From Atractiella rhizophila (taxonomy: Eukaryota): DNA of 64,000 nucleotides. Location of the stretch: the NCBI GenBank assembly GCA_021432655.1, contig MU271193.1:33259-97258 (forward strand), given 5' to 3'. This document shows, piece by piece, positions 27,835 through 40,091 of the stretch (its first letter is position 1; every line of letters begins with the position of its first letter). The notes beneath the pieces are model-generated. The model had not been told where the DNA came from and did not search any database. It saw only the letters and a list, made by a program, of their open reading frames with translations. The position numbers were made by a program, and so were the translations under genes.

Positions 27835-28973
27835 TCCTAAATAAAGTGCATAAAAACCTCTACACAGCTATAGGAAGTGCGACTTGTCCACAGCTCTCAT
27901 GTTAGGAGATAGGTATGTCCTTTGTGCCAGTCAATAGACACAACATGTATGTCGACACACGTATCCTCCGTCAGGGAGACGCTCAAAATAACTAATTCCC
28001 AGCATGGATCATACGACAATTGGCCTCTTAGCCCATGACATTACTGCCATTCAAACACCTCCCGTTTGCATGAGAGACACACGAACTTACTCAGACCGGT
28101 GTCATAAAACACAATGAGAGCTTAAAGATAGTTGCAAGACCACAAGCTCTAGCAATACAGCAAGATCTACTCCGCGTCTATTGAAGATCAGGGGAATCGG
28201 CGACAATCAAATACCTGCGCTTGAAACGAGCTGTTGGAGTTTGTACGATCTATGTAATGTACCAGAGAGCCGGGGGACTACGGTAGCTGGGTGGGTGCTA
28301 TGGCTAGACAGGCAGGATCAACATCATGATTATGTCCTTGTGGTGGGCGGAAATGATGCTAGTCCAGTCCAGTCCAAATACTTCAACTGCCTCAAATTAA
28401 CTTCAAAATTTTGGGGTTTACTACATTTACGCTTATGTTTGGGAAGTATGATTTAGAAGGTGCTTGGAATTAGAAAAATGGAAGGGGAGAAACAGGAAAC
28501 AGCGGAGGAGAGCTAGTGGCTCTATGTCTGTGTGTTCTTCAGCTACTCAGTCAAATTACAATAACGACATCAGCAGCTTGTCCCTGTGTACTTTATGGGG
28601 ATATAGCGCTGCAATTTGACAAAGATACATGTTCTCTCCGAGATACGCTGAATTGACCAGTAAGTTGGTGTCAACACTTGTCGGACGTCGGACTCTCCTA
28701 TCACCTCCCAGTCTGCTCTTGGAGCCTGTGTGACGTCTTCCGGCCTTACCGTTCGCAGCGAGCCCAAGCTAGCGACGAGTGTTTCCGAGAAACGACAACG
28801 AAGCGAGCTGGAGACTCTCCCTCAAGTTTCGCTGTTCCTGGGTTTCGCTGTTCGTCGCAACAGTATAAAGCTGAAGCTACTTCAGTCTTCCTGTGTTCCC
28901 GCCTATCGAATCTTTACACGCTCGTTTGCGAACATTTTATCTCAAAACCCTCTTTTCTAGAACGCTCGTTCAC

Positions 28974-30366
28974 ATGTTTGACTGGAAGAAGATTTTCCTT
29001 CTGCTTGGTATTGGGCACGATATTGCCACCGCAGCTTCTCGCCATGAGGTTGGTTTTGGACACCACCGTGACCACCATTCGTTGAACAAGCGGTTTACTG
29101 GGCCGTATAACTCTATCGCGGTTTTTGGTGCTAGTTGGTGAGTCCATTTTTTTTTGGCATTTCCTTCCGAAAACTGATTAATTGGAATAACTTTAGGTGC
29201 GATAATGCTCACAGTCGACCAGCTGAGTATGTAGCTGCGTCAACCAGGCCACCTCCATATTATGAAGGTCGATTCTCTGATGGTTGGTCTCCTCCCTCTG
29301 TTTGTGCACGTTGGTGAAAACGCACTGCTGCCAAGGTATCGTATTCAATGAGTATCTTGCGCAGATGTGGGATGCCAAACTGTACAATTTCGCGTGAGTC
29401 CCCGCCTCAGTGAGAAGCGATATGCTGAAGGCTCTTCAGCTACGGTGGGGCTCATGGTAAGCTCAAACGGGCTGACAAACCCCCAAGCTCACATATTTCA
29501 CTACAGTCGATAACAGCTTGACTGGAGGTTCGGTTCCAGATACCAAGGCGCAAGCGAAGAACTATACAACTCTTTCGACAAGCGTCATTCCGAAACCAAA
29601 AGCTTCAGCCCCTCGCCTGCACATCTGGTGGATTGGCATCAACACCGTCCGGTCATATAGCACCGCGGATAGCGCCGCCCTCACGTCTGTCGACCAGAAC
29701 GTCGCTTCTCTCAAGGCTCAGATAGTGTCGGTCTACAACAAGTATAACTTTACAGGAGCGGATCATCTCGTCATCAATTTGCCGCCTATGGAGTTGGTCC
29801 CTACTGTTGTTGCTGAAGGTGCAGCCAGCGTGACGAGGCTGCGAACTCTTAGCCAGAGGTGCGTCGTGTCCTCAGCGCCACTGCCACTGTCGAGATTGAC
29901 AGGGTTTGTTACAGGTATAATAAAGGGGTTGCAGCGTAAGATCCCTATGATAGGTCATTTGTTGAGGGCTCATTCTTTGGCACAGAATGGTTGACGAGTT
30001 GAAAACATCCTGGGCCAACGTCACGGGGAGTGGCCGTATGTTTTTCTGGGACTACGAGAAGGAGATGTACAAGGTCCGCTCCTAACCATTTCTCATTTGC
30101 AAGGTGAAATTCTGAGCAGAATCCATTGGGAAACAGAAACAACATTACACTCCTGAAGCTTATGGATTTACTAATTCGACAGGATGGTGCTTGGATTCCA
30201 ACACCAATGTTCCTTGTACTAATGTCAAAGACTACCTTCATTGTGAGTTTCGAGCTTTTGGGAAAGATCGACGGTTGATGCTGCTGGTGCAGGGGATTCG
30301 CTGCATCTCACGACCAAAGCCCATCAAGAGGTTGCAAAGGCCATCAATGTCATCGTGGCCGCATAA
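28974..30366 (+). CDS. Secreted SGNH/GDSL-type esterase (CE16-like), tandem copy 1
   Basis: Signal-like N-terminus; block I VFGASWCD, PPYYEGRFSDG, block II NFAYGGA, block III WIGINT, NLPP, block V WDSLH. Confidence 0.85.
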
Positions 30367-31132
30367 AAAGTTGATGACACACGATTCTATTTTAACTCTT
30401 TCTTGTGATCCTACCTTCCCGTGCAAGTACAGGTGTTGTCAGTGCTTCCTCCCAAACGAGATACCGCAGTAGCCTTCCACCTTTAATGACCACCTTCGCT
30501 TCATCTGGCGTTCATTTAGGATCTTTCCAGCCCAGTCTGCGTTTGTGTTTCCGATTGAGGTCGTGCACATTAGCCCAGACAGACAATCTAAAGTCGTAAT
30601 CCAACAGCATCGATATCGTAATGCAAAAGCTTCATTTTCTTTTCGGGCAAGTTCCCCAAGCGTGCCGCCTTGCGCGGTCAGATCTGCCCCACCTTTCTTC
30701 TTTATTCGTCTTCATTCGCTACTGTTCCACGAAACTTCCACCACCCTAACACATAGTCAGATGCACGTATGCGCCGGTGATGCATGCCGGCTTCATTTCC
30801 GTCCATTCTCCTCATGCTGGGGATCCCGTGTGATCAGCGATGTGTATCATACCAGGCTACTCTGTCCGCTCACTCACTTGTGACGTGACACTTTCAATTT
30901 TCCCGACCGTACTGTCGCAGTAACTTCGTGCTGGCGACAATTTTACTCCACGCCTGAAGGTGGGTGGATATTGCCAGTTCACTATCTTTGTACATTGAGC
31001 CCATCAGGACAGCATAAAGCAGCTCCAGTCCTTGCGTATTCTCTCCTCGATTGTTCTACAATCGTTTGCGAACACATTCGCTCGAAGTCCTTCCTTTATC
31101 ATTGCACTTCATTCATTCTGTTTCCCTCCTTC

Positions 31133-32516
31133 ATGTTTGACTGGAAGAAGATATTGGTTCTTGTTGGCATTGCCACCGCGGCTGCTCGCCATGAGATAGG
31201 CTTTGGACACCGTCATCACTCGTTGACAAAGCGGTCGACAAAGAGGCTCCCCACGCCGTACGACTCTATTGCAGTTTTTGGTGCTAGTTGGCAAGTGTTT
31301 AAATTGCTCAGTATCATTTAATAAGGATATCTAGGTGCGACAATGCTCACCCTCGACCTGCTGAGTATGTGGCTGCGTCCACCACGCAACCTCCGTACTA
31401 TGAAGGCAGATGGTCCAATGGTTTGTCGTTTGTTGCCATTGATTGATGTAACTTTAATCAAACATGTTCCCCATTCTCAGGTATCGTGTTCAATGAGTAT
31501 CTAGCCCAAATGTGGGATGCGGAACTCTACAACTTCGCGTGAGTTCATATATTCAGTCTAAATCCATGAACTGAACGATCTTGCAGCTATGGCGGCGCTC
31601 GTGGTAAGGAAAAATCCCTCGTTTTTCTTGCCGAAATTTTGACGTTGTAGTATGTGCGGCACAGTCGATAACAACCTCACAGGAGGTACGGTTCCGGATA
31701 CAAAAGCGCAAGCACAGAACTATACGACTCTTCCAACGAGTGTCATTCCGGAACCATCAGCATCAGCTCGTCGCTTGCACATCTGGTGGGTCGGTATCAA
31801 CACCGTTCGATCATATAGCACCGCAGATAACGCTACCCTCACAAACGTCGATGAGAACGTCGTATCCCTCAGAGATCAGATATTATCTGTTCACGACAAG
31901 TACAATTTTACGGGAGCAGATCACCTTGTCATCAATTTGCCACCAATGGAATTAGTCCCTGTTACTGTTGCCGCAGGTCCAGACAGCGTGGAAAGGCTGC
32001 GAATCCTTACCCAGAGGTACGTCTTGCTCGTGCTGCATTGACCCGGTTGACGGTTCGCCGCAGGTACAACTCAGGCGTTGCGAGGTAAGGTTCCTCAGAT
32101 CATATTCAGAGCGTGCTCATTCTTTGGAAAAGAATATCAGAAGAGTTGAAGAAATCCTGGGCCAAGGTTCCCGGCAGTAGCCGTATGTTCTTCTGGGACT
32201 ACGAGAACGAGATGTACCGGGTTCGTTATCTCTTCCTCCATTTCTTGTTCTACATGGATGAATTGTAAACGGCATCGGGAACAGATACAACATTATGTGC
32301 CTGAAGCTTTTGGGTTCACCAATTCAACAGGATGGTGCTTGGACACCGACACCAGGGTTCCTTGCGGTGATGTCGAGGATTATCTCCACTGTGCGTGTGC
32401 AGCCATTGGATGAAGGATCCTTCGTTGACGCTGTTGATTCAGGGGATCCACTGCATCTCACAACCAAAGCGCATCGAGAGGTCGCAGAGGCTATCAATGT
32501 TATCGTAGCTCTATAG
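31133..32516 (+). CDS. Secreted SGNH/GDSL-type esterase (CE16-like), tandem copy 2
   Basis: Paralogue of copy 1 with matching intron positions; VFGASWCD, EGRWSNG, NFAYGGA, WVGINT, WDPLH. Confidence 0.85.
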
Positions 32517-32652
32517 CGGATTGAACTGGTGGCATAAAGTCTTCTCCAACCTAATTCTCCTTCATTCTCAAAGGATACCTGAATTATTGCCGATCTTCCA
32601 TATCATGTCAAACCTGTCACAAGCGACTGGCAGTGGTACAAGACGGCCATAG

Positions 32653-35459
32653 TCATTTATTAGCCATGTGGCTGGTATTGTGAAACAAGCTCTTCCAGAC
32701 AAAGGCCTCCGACAACAAGAGTTCCGTATTTTCATCATTCCAATCCTGAGTAGGCAGGGACTGCAAAAACATGATGATTCCCTTCATCGTCAAATCAAAA
32801 AAAAATCAGTTGCCTGACAGTGCGTCAAGCATGAAGGTGACGAACCTGGAAGTCCATTTCCCTCAACTTTTCGCTCCAACGTACCAAGAAAGCGAGGCAA
32901 ACATAGAGATGGAACTCAGAGAACGCATCTCCTCCTTCCGCCTTTCCAAGACAAAATATTAACAACAACGATTCGAAGCGAGGAGGGGACGAACCAAGTA
33001 GGTATCCCACATCCGGACGATATTTTTCACACTCAGCTCCCGCATCAACAGACAATTCATCCACCGAAACGCAAACTGTATGAACTCAACCTTCTCCGAT
33101 TCTAAGTGGGCCGCCAACGGTGCTACAGGAAAACCAATTAGGCGAACGCTTGAGCCAAGATGTGAGGATGTACCATCGACGCGCGCGCAAAGCTCCTTCA
33201 TGCGCTTAACCTGCCGTTGAATTCCAGGCTGCGCAAAGATATAATTATCTTGAATGCCGTCCAACAATTTGCTGAGACACCAAAAGCTATCCGCTTCTAA
33301 CGAGTCCACCAGCTCCTGTGACGCGTCCGACATATCGAATGTTTCGAGATCTCCCTCTGCCACCAGTTAGCGGCGCGGAATGGAGTGGAAGCGGAGCACG
33401 AACCGACGTAATTGGAGAGGAACACCTCAAAGAAGGGCGTGACGAGATCGTTGATTCCTTGCACATACCCGCTTGCTGGATGTCGAATCGCCCATATATA
33501 GAGTATGCGTTCCAGACTCTAACGGTAAGGAAGTCAGCAAACCACAGAGTCGGATAAGAAGAAAGATACCCGCTGGGTGCGCTCCTGCCTCCAGAGCTCC
33601 TTATTTGCGTGAGTCCTAGGAGCGTCCTTTTTGATCTGGTGCCAAATAGTCTGATCCATCGACTCCGGCCGCGAAAACGCAAGTCGAGCATAATCAAGAT
33701 ACTCCTTCCTCTTCCTTTGTAACGTAGATACGCGGCGGGAGGATACCGGAGGGAGATAGTTGAGGAGGAGGGTCCAACAGATCGGTCGGAGTTGATTAGG
33801 AATGCCAGACCAAGCGAGCTTTCGAAGCTGTGCTACAAGATTCATGTAAGCGACAGCGATAAGCTCACTCATGCAGACGGAGCTATGCACCTAGATCGAT
33901 GTTGTCTTCGCCCAGGCACCGTCCAAACTTGATCAGTCGTCGTCGTGTGGGATCGCTTTCGCTTTCTGCAACTTCTTCGTCCCCTTGAAGGCTCGTCGAT
34001 GCCGTGGAGGGAGAGTTGTAGTCGTCAGCCAGTGAGGGATCTCGTCGGTTGGCGCTGGTGGGGAGTGAGAGACGAGAAAGGATCTTGACTGGATCTATCC
34101 ATTCCAGCCGAAAATGTCAATGTGGCGATCGTTAATGTTAGAATAAGCATCTGATTGAATGTTCGCAAATGAGAACACGCGTGAAATTTTCAAACATAAA
34201 ATAATGCAAGCTGTAGTGTTTTGCTTCGACTCCACAGTAATTCAAAACGCTTGCTGATGCAAAGGTACTGCGCCATGAATTCAATAGCGGACATGAATAC
34301 GTGTAACTATCATCTCCGCTTCTCATTCCTTGCAACTAGTGATAGCCCTTCAAAGAATGCTAGGAACGGGCAAATAGGATAACATAGGACGGGAATTAAG
34401 AGCGATGGCTCGCATTGTTGGCGTGTGCTCTCTATTCTACATCTGAGGTGGCAAGATATGCGCGTGATCAGACAGACTGAGAGGTCTTTGATTCCACTCA
34501 TCTTGTGGTGGATTGTTTCGACAACTAATCTGATAAAGTAGAGCTCTTTCCATCCAACTCATGAAGTGCCAATTGTCCTCTTTGATCCTCCGATTGCTCA
34601 TAGATTTCTGCCCTATTCAATCAAGAATAAAGAAAGGACGTACCAAGCATCACTGCTTCCCAATCCTCCATCAACTTTGCTTTCAGCGTCATCATTGCTT
34701 CCTCCATTTCGTCCACCTGTCCCTCCTTCTCATCCAAATCCAACGCCTTCATCTTTCCCAACACCACTCTCGGAGTCTTCTCTCCCTCCTCCGCACCAGG
34801 CCGTCCATTCTCCCTCTCCCTCTCTCCTCTCCCTTGGACTTCTTCACTCCAGCCCACCCGGCGTCTCCCCGCTCACTTTCCTCGCTCTCACTCTCATAGC
34901 TCAAACTTGTCCCACCCACACCGAAAGAATCCGAAGCACCATCTCTAAGCTTCACATACCCCTCCTCCTCCTTCTCCCTCTCCGACTCCTCCTCCCTACC
35001 TCCACCTGCAGAATTAGAACCAGAAGGAGAGACACCTATTCCGGTGGAAGAAGAAGAATAAGATCCATAACTGTACACAGCATTCCACATCCTCCCTCCC
35101 CAACTCACATTCCGCTTCTTCCCGCTCCCTCCCGTGGGAGAAGAAGCAGAAGACGGAGGGGAAGAAGACAAGGAAAAGTCGTGCGGACGAGCAGGCGGCG
35201 CACTGAGCGTGGCCTTCGCTTTGCCCCTCGCTCCCGCACTCACACCTAAGCCGGCAGAAAGCGAGGCGTTGGGGTGGGAGGATGGGTAGGGGATGTGCGG
35301 ACGGTAGTCGGAGGCGTCCCAGTCGTCTTCGATGGAAGAGGCTGCTTGCTGCTGCGTGTGCGCGGGTGGGTGATGGGCGGAGGAGGTGGATGGGGATGGT
35401 CTGGAGGGAGAGGAGGAGAGCGTGGATTTGGATGCTGTGGGCGAGCGAGGGTAGAACAT
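32653..35459 (-). CDS. GYP1: TBC-domain Rab GTPase-activating protein, Gyp1/TBC1D22-like
   Basis: LRKLAWSGIP..LRP..W.LLLNYLP, QIKKDAPRT, WAIRHPASGYVQGINDL, EADSFWCLSKLLDGIQDNY, IQFAFRWMNCLLMRE, RMWDTYL, FHLYVC, LPTQDW. The 5' exons are less certain. Confidence 0.88.
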
Positions 35460-35699
35460 GGTGGAGCGTGTTCTGCAGAGAGATCGATCGTGGTTGTCGT
35501 GGTTCGTGGAGTCAACAACATGCTTCTCAGAGAAACGACGACCCCCAACATTGAATATGTCGAATTGTATTAAACAGCTCCCTCGCTCTTAGGCTGAATT
35601 ATGATGTTTGAAACGTGTCCAGAAAGAGAGGGCAAGGAGGAATCAGTAAGGGATAACAGCAAGAGGAAGTTCTCTCTTTGTCCTGTCTATTTGCATTTC

Positions 35700-35911
35700 A
35701 TGGGGAGGTTGTACATTGGCGAGAGCAATAAGACAAGCCGCCACTCTTATTGACTGTTTATTTCCCGTCTTCATTGCAGGAAGGACGCTCCCAGCTCCCT
35801 GCACTCACATGTGAAAGAGGCACGCAGCATTTTGAAACGTTTACATCTTCAATTTGATCCATTTATCCATTTGTTAGTCTGCGAATCTATTTGTAAATTG
35901 AAAGTGGTGTT
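35700..35911. repeat. Diverged direct repeat, copy A
   Basis: Shares in order ATGGGGAGGTTGTAyATTGG, GAGAGCAAT, TCTTATTGACyGTTTAT, CGTCTTCATTGCAG, CGCTCCCAGCTCCCTGCACT, TTGATCC and TTGAAAsTGGTGTT with 39036-39265. Confidence 0.85.
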
Positions 35912-36031
35912 TCCAAGTGCAATCCATACAAGCCGGCTCTTGATTGTCGTGGCAGTAAAGCTCAATCGATACACAAAGTTCACTCGCTCCTCAGGGCTAG
36001 GAACCCAAAATCGATAGTACTATCCAGGGTT

Positions 36032-37621
36032 CTAAAGCTCGTCGATTACAAAAGAGTAATCGGGGAGGGAATTCTCTCCCCCAGCCTCAGTGTTGTAAGA
36101 TTTTATCGCTTCCTCGTTCCAATCTCCAAAGAAGAGGGAGAGCGCAAACACTCGTCCAGCTCTGCGATACCACCTTAAGAAACTCGAAAATCGAATATCG
36201 CTCAGATGCACACCGCTGAACTTGATAGTCTTGATGGGGAAAAGGGGGAGCGTCTCGGAGAACTCGTCCTCCATCCATTGGTGGAAGAAATCGACTGGCA
36301 GAACCTGTGATCGTTCATGTCCCCCGTCAATTTCCATGTGCCAAAGGCTCCTAAAGCTCCAGACGTCGAGCGACTTTGGCAGAGAAAGCAGAGGTGTGTC
36401 GTCTGGGGAGGGATCATAGATGTCCAAGTGAAAAGTGAAAAGGGGCCATTCAGAAAATAACTTCGGCTCGATCAGGGATAAAGGGAGGGGATAGCAGCGA
36501 CAGAGTCTTAGGTTCGTCAAAGAGGCACTCGTGCGTATAACGTGCTCCAGTATCGTTCCTTCAACCGTGCAATCCCACAAATATAGTTGATCCAGGCTTG
36601 GAAAACAGACATCCTCGTTGAAAGATGATTTTACCAAAGTGATTTCCACCTGTCGGACCTTCATCAAGTACATCTGTCGTAAACTTTCTTTTGATCTTGA
36701 ATCTACCAAGAATCTCTCTATGTCCTCCAAAGTCCAGCAAAAGCTTGCTCCTCCTCGAAGAGTTACATGTTCCAGACGGTTCAGCCTTGAAAGGTGAAAC
36801 AACAAAGCCTCCTGCTCCGACCTCGTCCATCGCTGGAAACCAGCTTCGAAAATCACGGACACCAGACGCGAACAGTTAGAAAGGACGAGGCAGATATCAT
36901 CCATTAGCTGCCGGCTTTCCACTTGAAGTTGAATCCACTCCCTTCCTGCTCCTGGATACAGGTGCAATCTTTTAATCTTCTCGCCCACAGAACTAGGCTC
37001 TGGTAAATAAGCTAGATAGGCATCTCTCCAGAATTTGCAAACGTTAGATACGAGAGTATTGTTGCGCGTCGAGCCGGCTGGAGTTTCCACTTGAAGGAAG
37101 GAGAAGATGTGCTCTATCAGCTCCAGAGGCAATTTGGAGACGAAACAGGTTTTGAGCGTCGGGAATAACTGAATCACATAGTCTGGGGAATGGACTTGGG
37201 AGGCAGTAGGCATGCCATAAGTCTGCGTCAGAAGGTCATACACCACACCAAAGTCTGGCGAGACCTCAATCCACCTCTCCACTCGGCACTCCATTTGGGC
37301 AGCTCCCAGTTCTGGTTGCGCAGTAGTGTACACTCGTCGCGATGGTAAATGAAAGTAGATGAAGAGGTCGAAAGAGCCTGGCGGAACATCAATTGTGTGA
37401 ACTCTCGAGCATACCTTCTGGTATAAGCGATACTGGGACGGAATGAAAAGCTTGATCCGTTTGAAAGTCTGATCTTTGAATGACAACGGTTGGAAATGGA
37501 TACATTGTGGAGTTTCAGACGTAAAACGGCGAGTGTCGAGTGTAGAGAGGCAGAGGCTTGCCATCATAGCTGAGACGACCATCATGTCAATTAGAGAGAT
37601 GGACTCAAAAGGTGACAGCAC
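36032..37621 (-). CDS. F-box-like protein with LRR-like C-terminus, apparently intronless; true start may be downstream (e.g. Met at 37213)
   Basis: Uninterrupted 529-codon frame; F-box-like SKLPLELIEHIFSFL...VSNVCKFWR; LxxLxL repeats (LNRLEHVTL, FPSLDQLYL, SLTNLRL). Confidence 0.72.
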   Translation of the reverse strand: MLSPFESISLIDMMVVSAMMASLCLSTLDTRRFTSETPQCIHFQPLSFKDQTFKRIKLFIPSQYRLYQKVCSRVHTIDVPPGSFDLFIYFHLPSRRVYTTAQPELGAAQMECRVERWIEVSPDFGVVYDLLTQTYGMPTASQVHSPDYVIQLFPTLKTCFVSKLPLELIEHIFSFLQVETPAGSTRNNTLVSNVCKFWRDAYLAYLPEPSSVGEKIKRLHLYPGAGREWIQLQVESRQLMDDICLVLSNCSRLVSVIFEAGFQRWTRSEQEALLFHLSRLNRLEHVTLRGGASFCWTLEDIERFLVDSRSKESLRQMYLMKVRQVEITLVKSSFNEDVCFPSLDQLYLWDCTVEGTILEHVIRTSASLTNLRLCRCYPLPLSLIEPKLFSEWPLFTFHLDIYDPSPDDTPLLSLPKSLDVWSFRSLWHMEIDGGHERSQVLPVDFFHQWMEDEFSETLPLFPIKTIKFSGVHLSDIRFSSFLRWYRRAGRVFALSLFFGDWNEEAIKSYNTEAGGENSLPDYSFVIDEL

Positions 37622-37980
37622 GTTACCGTCAATATCAATTTCCCTATCCCTATTAAGCCACTAAACGTGTCACTATTGAAAGGAACAGCGCTAATCTGGA
37701 CGTCCTGCTTTATCACTGGCAACTGAGAGGAATGTTGCATTCCGAGGCCGGAAACATTGGGTGACCCACCCGATTCTGCAAAAGATAGGAGGACTTCAAA
37801 GGTGACACAGTTTGAAATGTTGACAGCTGTCACTTGTCAGCTCCAGCCGCGAAAAGCGAGGGGTTCCCTTCTCGCCATCCTAGCTGCACAATCCTCACCT
37901 GTCGATACACCAAAACGTTAACACCACCAAAGTTGGAGCATCTGGACATTCAAATACGAATCTAGTCAGCCCATAAGTTG

Positions 37981-38723
37981 ATGGCTCAATCATCGGAGCT
38001 AAGGCCAGTTCAGGCAGAACCGTTAGCAGGCTACCGGTTTGTAGCACTAGTGTTTAACGCGCCATTATCAACACCAAGTTGACTGCTTCTCAGATCGCGT
38101 TTTCACACAGAGACTGGGGTCATCCCGTTAGGTAGGTCGTCCTCCTGAGTCAGAAATTGCTCATGTTCAGGAAAATCTTCATTGAAAGGTCACAAGGGAC
38201 ATGTAGCTACAGATCTGTATGGCGACCTGATCTACCTTTGTTCTGCAATCACGAATTTCGGAGTTCATCCAGCAAAGGCAGGCTCTCACCTTGTCGGTGG
38301 CGCCAATCTTGGATGGGAAGGAGTAGAACATGGCCACAAAGGTAAGTATTCGGTGCAGGATGATCAGCGGCGGGTAAATAAGAAGAAGGTCCTTATGACG
38401 TCCTATTCTTCGATGAAGCGAAAATGTGCTGGATCGAAGCAAACGGAGGGAAGCCGCCTACGGGCTGGGAGGACAGGATAGTCGATGGAGGGTATGATGA
38501 GAAGGGAAGAAGATTTTGGCACGCTCTCGCCGAGATACAAGGATTGAAGGTGAGATATGAATGTGTTGAAAATGTCCTTTGCTTAGTTTCATGCCAGATC
38601 CCCGGGAAAGCAGCAATACATTTAAAAGGGGCTCTTTTTCCTTGGTTTCACCAAGAGGTTTGGAGAGGGGATTATCAAATCCTTTGTTGGAAAAAGGACA
38701 TTTGCCTAGAAGAGCACAATTGA
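37981..38723 (+). CDS. DM9-repeat (DUF3421-like) protein
   Basis: Two repeats after splicing: IYLCSA..GVHPAKAGSHLVGGANLGWEGVEH..YDVL and GGYDEKG..WHALA..IPGKAAIHLKGALFPWFHQE..YQILCW. Confidence 0.72.
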
Positions 38724-39035
38724 TACCACTCCGTCTCCATTCTAAGTGCTACATCTCAGTTTGTAACCAGTCGAGGGGATTTATAATGCAATCTCTGTGG
38801 AGGAGCCCTGCGCATATATACTGTGTCGTGACATTACAACCTCAACTTCAACAGGGATGCATCTAATTGAAACGATTGTTAGATTATGGTTTCCCCAGCT
38901 ACAGTAGTGGTTGTTAGTCTCTCCCACTTTGTTCTAGTTTTTCCCGTTCTTGGCCACTCATATAAACCTTGTTCTCCTTCACTGGATTCTCCATCGTCTT
39001 CCACCGTGAACGATTGGACAATTCAGGTTCTATCA

Positions 39036-39265
39036 ATGGGGAGGTTGTATATTGGGGAGAGCAATGCGACAAACTGCTAGTCTTATTGACCGTTTATGCT
39101 TCGTCTTCATTGCAGTAAGTATTGAGTGTTATCGCGCTCCCAGCTCCCTGCACTACTCGCGTCATGATGAACGATGAACGAGGCAACCAGCATCGTAACT
39201 AAAATAGCCGCTGATCTTTAACTTGATCCGCTTGATAGTCCGGGAATACTGTTGAAACTGGTGTT
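39036..39265. repeat. Diverged direct repeat, copy B
   Basis: Colinear with 35700-35911 apart from small indels; its right edge abuts the stop codon of the minus-strand ORF ending at 39265. Confidence 0.85.
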
Positions 39266-40091
39266 CATTGTGATGGAAGTAGAACGTAATCGATATATAT
39301 ATTTCCCTCTCCCACTTTCAGGCCCTGTAATAGGATGTAATCATGCATATCGAACGTCTTTTCTAACTTGAAGCTCAAGCGCTCACAGTTCAAGGATTGG
39401 ATTTGGTGACCACATTTTGACTTTCTCAAAGCCCGTTTGTCGACTTCACATTTCGAAATCTTGGTTGTGGGTAGATGTGGGAACTTCTGTCGGAATTTTT
39501 TCAGATACATTCCTAGTATTACGCCCGAACTATTTCTTTATACACACCTGTTGCCTTGCTGATGGCAAGATGGACATATGAGCACGGCAAAAGATGGCAC
39601 ATAGAGTCTTCTGGCCACTCATTTAACAACGACGAAAAGACCCCTAAAAGCCACCATGTCCATGATCGATAGAGGTCGGCGGGCTGCGATCCTGCCCATC
39701 GAATCGCTTCGTATTCCCCGGATCTCAATTTCCAGTTGACCCGATTGAAATGAGGCATGGCGTTGGGAGTGCCCGTCCGATGAAGGAGGTCATCACGCTC
39801 TTTATCAGCGATGTCCCAGAGTTTGTCCACTTCGTTCAGTGTATAAAACTCCGGGAAAATAGCTGCGATAATGATCTTCCGACTTTGTTTTGACCGCCTA
39901 GAGACCATTCCTGGCGCAGTATCAGTCAGCAGCGAGCAAGGTGAGGTACGTCAGGCAGCACCTACCAGTGCCAGGCTGCCTTTCCCGTGTTTGTTGATCT
40001 GGCTGCTCAATGTCTGTGAACCTCCGTGAACCATTATTGATAGGTATCTCACCTGTCGGATGTAATGTTTGAACTGGCCCCGTCGATCCAT
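39265..40091 (-). CDS. Hypothetical protein or pseudogene
   Basis: ORFs 39519-39908 and 39265-39510 are in the same frame, separated by TAA and TAG that a 33-nt GT-AG intron would remove; plausible upstream exons from ATG 40091. No recognisable domain. Confidence 0.35.

Noticed and set aside
39164..39214. ATGATGA...CTGA resembling a box C/D snoRNA
   Set aside because: Only about 50 nt, no recognisable rRNA antisense element, and the boxes are absent from the other copy of the repeat.
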